NCBI GenBank assembly: GCA_964016885.1
Contig: OZ024756.1
Location: 15,686,001-15,750,000 of the forward strand
DNA length: 64,000 nucleotides
Source of the DNA: Eledone cirrhosa
Taxonomy: Eukaryota
Direction of reading: 5' to 3'
The stretch's first letter is position 1. Every line of letters begins with the position of its first letter. Of the stretch, positions 27,661 to 39,857 are shown one piece after another. The notes beneath the pieces were generated by a model, which saw only the letters and a list, made by a program, of their open reading frames with translations, had not been told where the DNA came from and made no database searches. The translations under genes and the position numbers were made by a program.

Positions 27661-27990
27661 AAAAGCTATGTGAAATGAAGTTTCTTGCTCAAGAAAATGT
27701 GCCATCCAGTGCAGAAACCAAACTGTTCTACCTTAGATCACAAGTCCAACACTAGGCCACAACTTTTACTAAACAAAAAAGAAGCTTGCGATATCATATT
27801 TTGTTTCTTTTTGTTTGGTGTTTTTTATTGTTATTAACAAAACCTTTCAAAGTTTTGAACGAAAATAAAAAAAACATTAACCCCCGGACATTAAAAACAT
27901 GTAGCCAATGAATGGAGGATGAGGGGAAGAGGAGGGAGTCAGGTGGGGGAAGAGGAAGGAGTCAGGTGTAGTACATGTGTGTGTGAATGT

Positions 27991-28021
<31 letters not shown>

Positions 28022-28971
28022 ATCCGATGAGATTGCAAATGTTACATAACATTTGCCATTGAAATATGTATAACAGTGCTTATGCAACAAATAAAATGAT
28101 GAAAATCTGAAGCTACTAGCTTCAACTTCATTACTATATGTGTGTGTGTACATGCATTGGTTAGAAGACAGTTATTTTCTATGTAAAAAAAAAAAATAGA
28201 GGGTGGGGGTGAAGACAAACAAGCAGGTTTAAATCAATCAAAACAAATCAATACCAGAGAGAATAACTAGTATGAAACATCCCCCTTCCCCACCTCCATG
28301 ATCTAACAGTGATTGATAGATAGATGATAGTGAGAGGATATAGACAGGTAGACAGTTAAATAGGTAGCTAGGTAGATAGACAGCTAGTTAGATTGAGGCT
28401 AGAGTGAGAGAGACAGAAGAGAAAGAGATTCATAGAGTAGGAGAAAGACAGATAGCTTGATAGAAGAAAGATATTGATAAATAGAGAGGAGATAGATATT
28501 AGGAAAGTGAGAGAAAGACTGAAAGATATAGGATGAATACTCAGGCTGTAGCAGCCTGCAGCATTTAATGATGATGATGATGATGATGCTTTTTTTAATT
28601 TCAGTCTATCATCTTACAACAGCATACAGTTTATTTTTTCATTTTTTTTAGTTTTATTTACCAAGGTATTAAGGGTCAATTCGTTCAGGAAAAAGGGTGA
28701 AGAGGAAGGAAGAGTACTGCAAATATCATTCTGGGGCATGAGGGATGGTTAGAAAGTTTAAGATATCCCAAGTCGGTGGAGTTTTGAAGAAGAAACACTT
28801 CCCGCCTCTCCCCACTCTCTAGCATAAACTGAGGAGAGAGGGAGGGAGAGAGGTACTGAGTACTGCAGGCATGATCTGGGATGTGAGGGATGGCTCAGAA
28901 GTTAAGGTATTACTCCAAGTCGGCAGAGTTTAGAAGTAGAAGTAGACGTAGTAAAACCCCTCACTCTAGTG

Positions 28972-29159
28972 TCAACTGAGATCGCAGCGTCTATAAAACA
29001 ATAAATAGGGGATTCGGTTGACGACAAACTTGAGGACGTGGGCTGGAGATACATTTCTTACAACTCCATCATCGTACAGGATCCAGTTGTTGATGCCACT
29101 GTGGTAGACACATGCTGTATAATGTCCTCCTGTTGCATTCTTGCCGTGATGAAAGATAA
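28972..29159 (-). CDS. USP10: USP10 exon 15 (His box, stop)
   Basis: VIFHHGKNATGGHYTA...WILYDD...YLLFYRRCDLS-TGA; summed CDS 2868 nt is divisible by 3. Confidence 0.95.
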
Positions 29160-29399
29160 CTGAAAGAAAAAGAAGGAGATAGAGATAAACATTCTTGCCA
29201 TGGTGAATGATAACTAAAAGATGAAGAAAGAGAGACAAATATTTTTCTCTATCTGTACAAGTTAACGTTATCGCTTTATGTCAGTTTTTCCATCCTTGCA
29301 CAGATTGGATGAAACCAGGAGCTTATCCCAGTTTTCACGGGTATTAACTATCCATGCTAGTGTGGAAGATGGATGTTAAATGATGATGATTAACTTTTA

Positions 29400-29770
29400 A
29401 TCCTAAACCACATGGGGAATCACCACTGCTTCTATATTACAAAGCTGGGTTATTTCATCCATCATAATTTTCCATAAGAACACCAAATTAATAATGACAA
29501 AGTTAGTTATATTTCACTAAATCCCTCATTTTCAAAATTATTTGAAAATCGTAGGCAGTGTCTTTCAATAGAAATATGGTAATTAAAGGATTAAAGTGTT
29601 CATTTCATCTAAAAACATCCCATTGTAATTTTACATAAAAACATTTGGTAAGTTATGTTCCAAACACCAACTTAATGAGAAAGTTAGTTATATACTACTA
29701 AATCCCTCCAAATTATTGATTATTTTCAAAATTATTTAGGCAGTGTCTTTTATAAGAAATGTAAACAGTT
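29400..29770. mobile_element. AT-rich dispersed repeat family 2 (probable TTAA MITE), representative copies
   Basis: Shared core GTTATGTTCCAAACACCAG and end AAATATGGTAATGAAAGGGTTA; copies near 1-90, 23760-23940, 25550-25770, 26230-26560, 34290-34420, 40995-41190, 51305-51500, 62100-62430, 63520-63740. Confidence 0.6.
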
Positions 29771-30009
29771 AAAAATAACTAAAAATAATTGATACTGTAT
29801 TGTATTAAGATAATGAAGTATGATAATCTGCATCTGGGGGAAATAAAAATGTTTATTTTTTAACCTTTTTATTATTGTTAAAAGCAATGTGGAAAAAGAA
29901 AAAACCTTTGACTTATTTCAAATAGAATTTACAACACAAAGCACTGAATAGCATGTAAAAATATGTAAAAACAGTAGATAATTCAGAGAGAGAGGGGGGA
30001 AATAGTTAC

Positions 30010-30072
30010 CAGCAAAAAGTTTATAATTTCTTTGAGCCAATGGGATTCTGATGCGAACTGGAGACAGCAGTT
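30010..30072 (-). CDS. USP10: USP10 exon 14
   Basis: ELLSPVRIRIPLAQRNYKLFA; tttag| and |gtaact; 63 nt, phase 1/1. Confidence 0.92.
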
Positions 30073-30429
30073 CTAAAACGAAATAATTAGAATGATTAAT
30101 ACATGTACAATTGACAGAATAGACTGGTCATACACTTGACGTTTCAAGATCAGAATCCCACGAGAGGATCATATTAAACATCACATGGGGAGATTGAAAA
30201 ACTGCTGAATGGATCCGAGAAGGAACAAAAGTTTGCAACATCCTAAGAATTATTAGCAAAGCAAAATGGAAGTGGGCATGATACATTACCAGAATGACTA
30301 ACAACAGATGGACCACCAGCATCACCTTCTGGACCTCTCTCCTTCTCTCGAAGAAATCAACTATGTTCAAACTCTGCTGTCCTGCCACATCAATTTCACC
30401 AGGAGTTACAGACCCAAACATCCATGCAT

Positions 30430-31964
30430 ACAGATAGAGGAGCTTCTATTGCCTTTACTAATATCAAGTTCTATTGGGCAAGATTTAGGAGTTTATTACC
30501 TTTACTAATACCAAGTTCTATTGGGCAAGATAGAGGAGTTTATTACCTTTACTAATACCAAGTTCTATTGGGCAAGATAGAGGAGTTTATTACCTTTACT
30601 AATATCAAGTTCTATTGGGCAAGATAGAGGAGTTTATTACCTTTACTAATATCAAGTTCTATTGGGCAAGATAGAGGAGTTTATTACCTTTACTAATATC
30701 AAGTTCTATTGGGCAAGATAGAGGAGTTTATTACCTTTACTAATATCAAGTTCTATTGGGCAAGATAGAGGAGTTTATTACCTTTACTAATAGCAAGTCC
30801 TATTGGGCAAGATAGAGGAGCTTCTATTGCCTTTACTAATACCAAGTTCTATTGGGCAAGATAGAGGAGTTTATTACCTTTACTAATACCAAGTTCTATT
30901 GGGCAAGATAGAGGAGTTTATTACCTTTACTAATACCAAGTTCTATTGGGCAAGATAGAGGAGTTTATTACCTTTACTAATACCAAGTTCTATTGGGCAA
31001 GATAGAGGAGTTTATTACCTTTACTAATACCAAGTTCTATTGGGCAAGATAGAGGAGTTTATTACCTTTACTAATACCAAGTTCTATTGGGCAAGATAGA
31101 GGAGTTTATTACCTTTACTAATACCAAGTTCTATTGGGCAAGATAGAGGAGTTTATTACCTTTACTAATACCAAGTTCTATTGGGCAAGATAGAGGAGTT
31201 TATTACCTTTACTAATACCAAGTTCTATTGGGCAAGATAGAGGAGTTTATTACCTTTACTAATACCAAGTTCTATTGGGCAAGATAGAGGAGTTTATTAC
31301 CTTTACTAATACCAAGTTCTATTGGGCAAGATAGAGGAGTTTATTACCTTTACTAATACCAAGTTCTATTGGGCAAGATAGAGGAGTTTATTACCTTTAC
31401 TAATATCAAGTTCTATTGGGCAAGATAGAGGAGTTTATTACCTTTACTAATACCAAGTTCTATTGGGCAAGATAGAGGAGTTTATTACCTTTACTAATAC
31501 CAAGTTCTATTGGGCAAGATAGAGGAGTTTATTACCTTTACTAATACCAAGTTCTGTTGGGCAAGATAGAGGAGTTTATTACCTTTACTAATATCAAGTT
31601 CTATTGGGCAAGATAGAGGAGTTTATTACCTTTACTAATATCAAGTTCTATTGGGCAAGATAGAGGAGTTTATTACCTTTACTAATACCAAGTTCTATTT
31701 GGCAAGATAGAGGAGTTTATTACCTTTACTAATATCAAGTTCTATTGGGCAAGATACAGGAGTTTATTACCTTTACTAATACCAAGTTCTATTGGGCAAG
31801 ATAGAGAAGTTTATTACCTTTACTAATACCAAGTTCTATTGGGCAAGATAGAGAAGTTTATTACCTTTACTAATACCAAGTTCTATTGGGCAAGATACAG
31901 GAGTTTATTACCTTTACTAATACCAAGTTCTATTGGGCAAGATAGAGGTGCCTGTATTACCTTT
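30430..31964. repeat. 47-bp minisatellite, about 32 copies, derived from the USP10 exon 13 donor region
   Basis: Unit TTATTACCTTTACTAATACCAAGTTCTATTGGGCAAGATAGAGGAGT aligns to 32452-32510. Confidence 0.95.
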
Positions 31965-32450
31965 AAATAAATTATCAACGGTCTGGAAATCTAAGCTTCT
32001 ATTAAATTTGAAATGTGATATCTTTCAAGCGGTTGTGCAGTCAGTTCCTTTATATGGATGTATAACGTGGACTCTAACAATGTGTCTTGAAAAGAAAGTT
32101 GATGGAACCTATACAAGAATGCTTCAAGCTACTCTGGACATCTCCTGGAAACAACACCCTACAAAAGATCTTCTCTATGGAAATTTACCACCAATATCAC
32201 ACGTCATTAGAGAAAGAAGAACAAGATTCACCAGACATTGCTGGAGAGCAATGGATGAGATCATCAACGTCCTTCTTTAGGAACCAAAACATGGGTACAC
32301 AAATGTTGGCAAACCATATTGAACCTACATAAAGCAACTGTGCAAGGATTCCGAGTGTACCAGAGAAGACCTACCACAAGCAATGGCAGACCGAACAGAC
32401 TGGAGACGAGTCATGAAGATTCATGCAATAAGCACACCTGGATGATGATG
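31965..32450 (+). mobile_element. RTE-like LINE 3' fragment in USP10 intron 13
   Basis: LYGCITWTLT..LEKKVDGTYTRML...ISWKQH; ends in a (GAT)n tail. Confidence 0.8.
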
Positions 32451-32482
32451 ACTATTGGATAAGATAGAGGTGTTTCTATTAC

Positions 32483-32627
32483 CTTTATTTATATCAAGTT
32501 CTATTGGGTAATCTATCTTCTTCAAGACTTTCTGAATTCCACCATTCTTATCATAGATGAAACATTTAAAATGTAGAATAAGGACTGGTGGCAATTCCTC
32601 AAGGGTTAATTTTTTCGTTATTTCCAC
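32483..32627 (-). CDS. USP10: USP10 exon 13
   Basis: VEITKKLTLEELPPVLILHFKCFIYDKNGGIQKVLKKIDYPIELDINK; ttcag| and |gtaata. Confidence 0.95.
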
Positions 32628-33564
32628 CTGAAATGGGAGAAAAATAGATTTAATATTAACATAAAATAACTGATCTTTGTACAGTACATACACACATATA
32701 TATATGTCTAACCCATGCTAGCGTGGAAAACGGACGTTAAACGAAGATGATGATGATGATGTATGTATGTATACACACACAATCATCATCGTTTAACATC
32801 CATTTCCAATGCTAGCATGGTCATTTTTATCATCATCATTTCATTTCACGTCCGCTTTTCCCTGCTTGCAAGGGTGGGACAGGAACTGATTCTGGCTTGA
32901 TTTCTACAGCTGGATGCCCTTCCTAACACCAACCTCATTTACAGTGAGTGCTGGGTGCTTTTTTGCCATGGCGCCTCCTCGACCACTTTGCAGTCCCTAT
33001 CATCTCATTTCTACAGCTGAGAAATGTGCAATGGAGCAATGTGAAATAAAGCGTCTTGCTCAAGGAAACAACACATCACCCGGTCTGAGAATTGAACTCA
33101 CAACCTTTCAATTGCAAGGCCAATGCTCTAACCACTAAGCCATGTGCCTCCATTTTATATGAATTCAAATATGTATATATTTGTATATATGTGTATGTGT
33201 GTCATTAGTTTTGTTTTGTTATTTCTGTTTACCATTTATAACAGATCATCATTATCATTGTTTAACATCTAACTTCCACGCTAATATGGGTTGGATGGGT
33301 TTGTCCCACCTGGGGCGAGATTGGTCGGGAGACCGTGTTTTGCTCGTACATAGCTGTTCCTGGCAGGTTTTCTACGGCTAGATGCCCTTCCTAACACCAA
33401 CCACATTTACAGTGTGGACTGGGAGCCTTTTTACCGTGTCTCCTACACGACCACTTTACAGTGTGGACTGGGTGCTTTTTGTCGTGTCACCTACACGACC
33501 ATTTTACAGTGGACGGAAGTGGGAGGATGGAGTAGGGAGTGGGGTGAGGTGTATATTGGGTTAA

Positions 33565-33980
33565 GAGGCACCTACTGACTGTAGGTTTAAGTTCATATAC
33601 ACGGGAAGACAGGTTTTCTGTATAACTGCATAGCGCCAAAGATCTCGATCCAGTGACCTTGTCTTAGAGAGGTGTAAGCGAGCATGGCCAGTTTTTATCA
33701 CCTCGTCCCAGATTTTTCTTGGTCTACCCACTCCGTAGCTTCCATTAATTTTGATTGCTCTGCACTTTTTTATACAGCTGTTGTTCTTGATATGCATCAC
33801 ATGTCCATACCAACGCAATCTTCTCTCCATTTTTTACCTCTTATGCTTAGTCTCTCTCTCAATTCGTTTATGCTTTGCCATTCGCGCACATTACTATTAC
33901 ACATCCATCGGAGCATGTAAGCTTTGTTCCTTTCTAATCTACGCAAGTTTTCTGCACACAACGCCCAGGTCTCACTACTA
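33565..33980 (-). mobile_element. 3' fragment of the same RTE-like LINE family
   Basis: SETWALCAE..RRLERN, ERRLRWYGHV, GRPRKIWD; similar to 15880-16300. Confidence 0.85.
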
Positions 33981-34517
33981 TGTATGTATATATATATATA
34001 TATATATATATGATGTGTTGTTTCCTTGAGCAAGACACTTTATTTCACATTGCTCCAGTTTGATCAGCTGTAGAAATGAGATGATAGGGACTGGGGTCCA
34101 TATCATTCCACTGCAAAGTGGTCGTGGAGGTGCCACGGCAAAAAAGCACCCAGCACTCACTGCAAATGAGGTTGGTGTTAGGAAGGGCATCCAGCTGTAG
34201 AAATCAAGCCAGCATCAGTTCCCGTCCCACCCTTGCAAGCAGGGAAAAAGCAGACGTAAAATGAAATGATGATGATGATGATATATAATAGCCTTCCATT
34301 ATAATTTTATATAAGAAACACCAGCTTAATAACAAGAAACTTATATGAGTAAATCCCTCCAAATTATTAATTACTTTCAAAATGATTTTCATTACAAATA
34401 TGGTAATGAAAGGGTTACATGAAAACATTAAGGGTGTAATAAAAAGACATTGGTAAGTTCTGGTATAATCAAACAGGTTTTGTGTAATAACTATTTAGAT
34501 AGAAATCTGTTACCTAC

Positions 34518-34610
34518 CTCTGTGTTAGTCTTAGAACATGTATAACCATGAACAGCTTCTCTGCTAACAAGACCATCAAGAGCATCCTTCACATTCCACA
34601 CTTTATCAGA
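34518..34610 (-). CDS. USP10: USP10 exon 12
   Basis: SDKVWNVKDALDGLVSREAVHGYTCSKTNTE; tgcag| and |gtaggt. Confidence 0.93.
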
Positions 34611-34659
34611 CTGCAAAATAAATATTATTATTATTATTATTGCGCATCATTACTGCTTT

Positions 34660-35550
34660 ACCGAGCACGGCTCTGTGTACCTTGGGTATGAGCAGTGCAG
34701 TTTTTGCTGATGTTTCTATTGTATTGACAATACTTTTCATAATGTGTGCAGTGCCTAGTAGTGCTATCTTTTGTATGTTGTATATATTTGTAAGTCCTGG
34801 GGTACTCTATATAATATATATACAGTACCTAGTATTGCTATCTTTTGTATGTTGTATATATTTGTAAGTCCTGGGGTACTCTATATAATATATATACAGT
34901 ACCTAGTAGTGCTATCTTTTGTATGTTGTATATATTTGTAAGTCCTGGGGTACTCTATATAATATATATACAGTACCTAGTATTGCTATCTTTTGTATGG
35001 TGTATATATTTGTAAGTCCTGGGGTACTCTATATAATATATATACAGTACCTAGTATTGCTATCTTTTGTATGGTGTATATATTTGTAAGTCCTGGGGTA
35101 CTCTATATAATATATATACAGTACCTAGTATTGCTATCTTTTGTATGGTGTATATATTTGTAAGTCCTGGGGTACTCTTATATAATATATATACAGTACC
35201 TAGTATTGCTATCTTTTGTATGTTGTATATATTTGTAAGTCCTGGGGTTTTGGTTAAATATCAGTCTGTGTGTTTTTTTTTTTTATCATTCCTAGAGCAC
35301 CTATTATTATAGGTATTGTTTCTGTCTTCATCATCCCCATTCGAGTTATTTCTATCTCTAGATCTTTATATTTGGAGAGTTTCCTCTATTTCCTTGGAAG
35401 ATATATTGTCGTCTGTGGGGATTGATACAGCCATTAGAAGATATTGTTTTCTTTGTGGTCTTTGACTATAATATCTGGTCAGTTGGCCTTGATCTCTGTG
35501 TATGTATTGGTATATCCCAGAGAAAGATTGCTTTGTCATTCTCTGACACA
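34660..35550 (-). mobile_element. R4/Dong-like LINE REL-endonuclease C-terminal remnant
   Basis: Minus-strand peptides PDIIVKD, VSIPTDDNISSKEIE, KDLEIEITR, IPIIIGALG, IQKIALLGTAHI; ends at a (TAA)n tail. Confidence 0.65.
34752..35248. repeat. 74-bp tandem repeat, about 6.7 copies, inside the LINE remnant
   Basis: GTACCTAG recurs at 34825, 34899, 34973 and onward. Confidence 0.92.
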
Positions 35551-35875
35551 TTTATTATTATTATTATTAAATTTACATATGATATTCAAGTAACATTTTC
35601 AATATTCTTTGATGAGAAAATTTTATGTTTTATTTTTGTTAGATAAAATTTAACTGAGGGTTTAAAATAAAACAAGACTGTGTGTGTGTGTGTGTGTGTG
35701 TGTGTTTGTGTGTGTACTTGTGTGAATATATGTGTGTATGTGTGTCTAACTGTAATAAAAAGTCAATCAATTTTTACCTGCAGATAAACCAATTTGTATG
35801 TCAGGCAGCAGTGTATACATACATGTGTGTGTGTGTGTGTGCACGTGTAACTATAATAAGGCAATCAATATTTAC

Positions 35876-36001
35876 CTGTATATCTAACTGTAGTGTAAAG
35901 AATGGCTGAAGGGTGGCCGATTCTTTAGAAGCCACCTGGTACAAAGCTGACCTCATCTGGCCACCAAATATATCAGAAATACAACTCCTGGCAAAATTGG
36001 C
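35876..36001 (-). CDS. USP10: USP10 exon 11
   Basis: [11 protein letters not shown]...[17 protein letters not shown]; tttag| and |gtaaat. Confidence 0.95.
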
Positions 36002-36029
36002 CTAAACACAAATAAAATGGAATAGAACG

Positions 36030-36291
36030 AAATATAGATTAGGTGACACTGGACAGACATATTGATGAAATATAGAAGAGGTGACACTGGACAATGTAAA
36101 ATAGGATGTGGTGGTGGACAGACATATTGATGAAATATAGATTAGGTGACACTGGACAGACATATTGATGAAATATAGATTAGGTGACACTGGACAGATA
36201 TATTGATGAAATATAGATTAGGTGACACTGGACAGACATATTGATGAAATATAGATTAGGTGACACTGGACAGACATATTGATGAAATATA
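36030..36291. repeat. 38-bp tandem repeat, about 7 copies
   Basis: Unit GACATATTGATGAAATATAGATTAGGTGACACTGGACA. Confidence 0.9.
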
Positions 36292-37248
36292 TTCACATTC
36301 TAAATTGCTGACCTTTTACCTGAATTAGAAACCATTATTATTTTTATTGAGGGTGACAGATTGGCTGTACCGAATGGGCATCACAAAGGGACGTACCTTA
36401 ACTATACTGCGGCGCATGTTGTCTGATGCTCTACCAACACTAGCAATCCACAGCCCTAGTAATTGTTTCGGCATTTGGCACAAGGCCAGCAATTCAAAGG
36501 GAAAGTCGACCATGTCGACCCCCGGTGCATTACTGGTACTTTATCAACCCCACAAGGACGAAAGGCAAAGCTAATCTCGATGGAATTTGGACTCTGAACA
36601 TAAAGAGACATAACTATGCTGCAAAGCATGTTGTCCAACGCTCTACCGATACTGCCAATCTACCGTCCTATAATAAAAGCCAATGTGTGTTTATTTATAA
36701 ACATGTCCATCACTTACTGAAAGCGAGATGACTGAGGAAGGAAGGGGTGGTAACAAACTATAGAAAACTGTCACCAGGGTCCTAAGATGAGCTACACTTG
36801 TGTGAATGTGTGTGTAGCGAATTGGCTATTATTATTGTGTGAGTGTTTGTTTATGTATATATGGAGGTTAGAGCATTGGGCTTGCAATCGAAAGGTTGTG
36901 AGTTCAATTCTCAGACCGGGTGATGTGTTGTTTCCTTGAGCAAGACACTTTATTTCACATTGTTCCAGTTACTCAGCTGTAGAAATGAGATGATAGGGAT
37001 TGGGGTGCCTATCATTCCACTGCAAAGTGGTCGTGGAGGTGCCACGGCAAAAAAGCACCCAGCACTCACTGTAAATGAGGTTGGTGTTAGGAAGGGCATC
37101 CAGCTGTAGAAATCAAGCCAGAATCAGTTCCCGTCCCACCCTTGCAAGCAGGGAAAAGCGGACGTATGATGATGATGATGATGATGATACTCGCACACCA
37201 AGATATTATCTTGATTATCTATGTTAGTTGTAATAATAATAATAATAC

Positions 37249-37364
37249 CGTTCTTGTGAATACAGTTTTGTTTTTTGGTCCAACTTGCTCCCAGTCATCA
37301 TAGTTATTGGCGTTCTCATCAGGAAGAAAACCATTTTCTTTTAATTTTGAATTGTGGTTTTCAT
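37249..37364 (-). CDS. USP10: USP10 exon 10
   Basis: DDWEQVGPKNKTVFTRT, a USP10-typical motif; ttcag| and |gtatta. Confidence 0.92.
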
Positions 37365-38051
37365 CTGAAATATAGAAAAGAGATTATTTTTTTTTTTTTT
37401 GTTTGTTCAATCTAACGATATGGCAATTTTATCATAGGGTCCAGAATACAAATAGCAGTTTTATCATAGGGTCCAGGATACAAATTATCTACAGTGGACC
37501 CTTTCTTAATGAATATTTTTGCATTAATTTGCTAACAAATAAAATCATGGCAATAAACAATTTCTATACAAGAATAACAAAAACCTTAAGGTCAGAAAAG
37601 GTCACTTGGGCCGCTTCATAGAAATTAATTTTGTTGACTGCCGTGTGCATTTTACACAGCTGCAGTTACTGTGCTGGGTCTTTTTTCAGTAAAATGACTA
37701 TTTTTTTTAAAAACAAACATTTATTAACCCTTTAATGTTCAAACCAGCCAGAATTCTCTACCTCTTTCTGTTGAAACTGGCTGTAACTGGTCACTCAAAC
37801 TGATGTTAAGGTATTGTTCTCAAAATCTCATAGATTCAATATCATGTGAGATAATTATGCGAGGTAAAGCCTTTACCATGAAAATATAATAATATATATA
37901 GAGTAATGTGAATACTAAAGGGTTAACAATACATATCTGAATGATTGACAAATGTCACATCAATAAACTAGTAACTCCATCTAGCTTTGGAGTTATGAAC
38001 TGTTGGAAACAATTTCATAACTTTGAAGTTATGAACTTTTGGAAACAATTT

Positions 38052-38218
38052 CATACATGTTAGGACGAGTTATCTTATCTGTGGCACTGGAATGCATACG
38101 TGTTAGGACAAGTTATCTTTTCTGTGGCACTGGAATGCATACATGTTAGGACAAGTTATCTTTTCTGTGGAACTGGAATGCATACATGTTAAGACAAGTT
38201 ATCTCGTCTGATGCACTG
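38052..38218. repeat. 43-bp tandem repeat, about 4 copies
   Basis: Unit CATACATGTTAGGACAAGTTATCTTTTCTGTGGCACTGGAATG. Confidence 0.88.
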
Positions 38219-38731
38219 AAGAGGTTAAGTAGTGTTTTACTTGGCTAGCTTTTATATTCATTTAGCTTCACTTTACAGGTGGTGTTTGTCCTGTAAGCAT
38301 TTATCTTGTACTCTTTGATAATTTGATGACTGTCACTGATATAGGTAACAAGTAAGACAAAATTAGATGTAAAGGGAGGCAGTTTTGGGAAGAGTGGTGT
38401 TTAACCCTTTAGCATTTACATTAATCTATATATACTATTATATTTTTGTGTTAGAGACTTTATCTTACATAATTATCTCACAATATTGAATCTACAAGAT
38501 TTTGATATTATTTATTTTGAGAACAATACCTTAACATAAGTATTGGCCAGTTTGAACATAAAGAGGTGAAAGAATTCTGGCCAGATATGGCTGGTTTATA
38601 TGTGAAATGGTTAATTAATTGAAATAGGGTGTATTTCATTAGAAATATAATCATGAAATAGTTAAATTAAATGCCTGTTTCAGTAGTAGAGGAGGCAGAT
38701 ATAATTACTTGATTGGATAAATGATAATTAC

Positions 38732-38840
38732 CTTGTTGATTAGGATTGTTATTGGCAACATTTACAACAGCAAGCATTTCATCATGAAGATTGCTCAGTA
38801 CAAAAGTCAAAAACTCTTCAGCATCCTCTTGCTTCCCATG
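38732..38840 (-). CDS. USP10: USP10 exon 9 (QEDAEEF box)
   Basis: HGKQEDAEEFLTFVLSNLHDEM; tgtag| and |gtaatt. Confidence 0.93.
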
Positions 38841-39857
38841 CTACAAGATAATAATAATAATAATAATAATGGTTTCTTTATTGGCCACAAGGGCTAACAT
38901 GAAGAAAAACATTAGACGGCACAGAACGATACAAAGTGGGTTTTGGCCGTGTAGAAAGGTTACAAAAAGACAGAAACGTGTAAAACAAATTAAAATTCAA
39001 ACAACAAAAATTCCCCAATCAGGATGAAGCCTCCGAGGGTCACTCGTGGTGAAAACCACGGCCACCATGACCACCAGAGCAAGCGCCCTCTCTCACTTTT
39101 TCCACTCCTCAGTCTACAGGCGCACACTCAGAGCGGGCACGTTGAATGGGTAATTTTTGAATAGATACATTGCATAGAAATAGATTTTTTTGAATGACGC
39201 CATTTTTCATTTTTATTTTGGCGGGACGTATTTGCTAAATGCAAAGTTCAAATTGGAATTTAGCCCTAAAGGGCTAAATACTGATTAATTTTGACCACTT
39301 CAAAAGAAGCAGGGTGTGTTTAAACGCAAAACAATATGATTTTTACATAAGTTCGCAATAAAAACTGTTCAAAAATCACAAACTTACGGGGACAAAATTT
39401 CCTACAACTATTATAATAATAATAATAATGTTTTCTTTATTAACCACAAGGGTTGATATAAAATATACCATTAAGGACAGTACAGGATGGTACAAATGGG
39501 CATTTCTGTGTGTAAAGAAAAACAACAGAGGAAGTGAAATTAAACAATGGAAAATTCCCCAAATAGGGGATAGACTTCTGAGAGTCACTTGTGGAGAAAG
39601 CCCACTAGAAGCCGCAGTGACAATAATAATAATGGTTTCTAATTTAGGCACAAGGCCAGCAATTTGAGGGGGGGGGGGTTGATTAAATTTACCTCGGAGA
39701 GTTACTGGTACTTTATTTTATCAACTCCGTAAGGATGAAAGGCAAAGCTAACTTCTGTGGGATTTGAACTCAGAATGTCAAAGGCCGTAACTATGTGTGC
39801 AAAGCGTGTCTGAAGTTCTACCGATTCTTCATGAGTGCAGATCTGCAGCAGTTAAGA

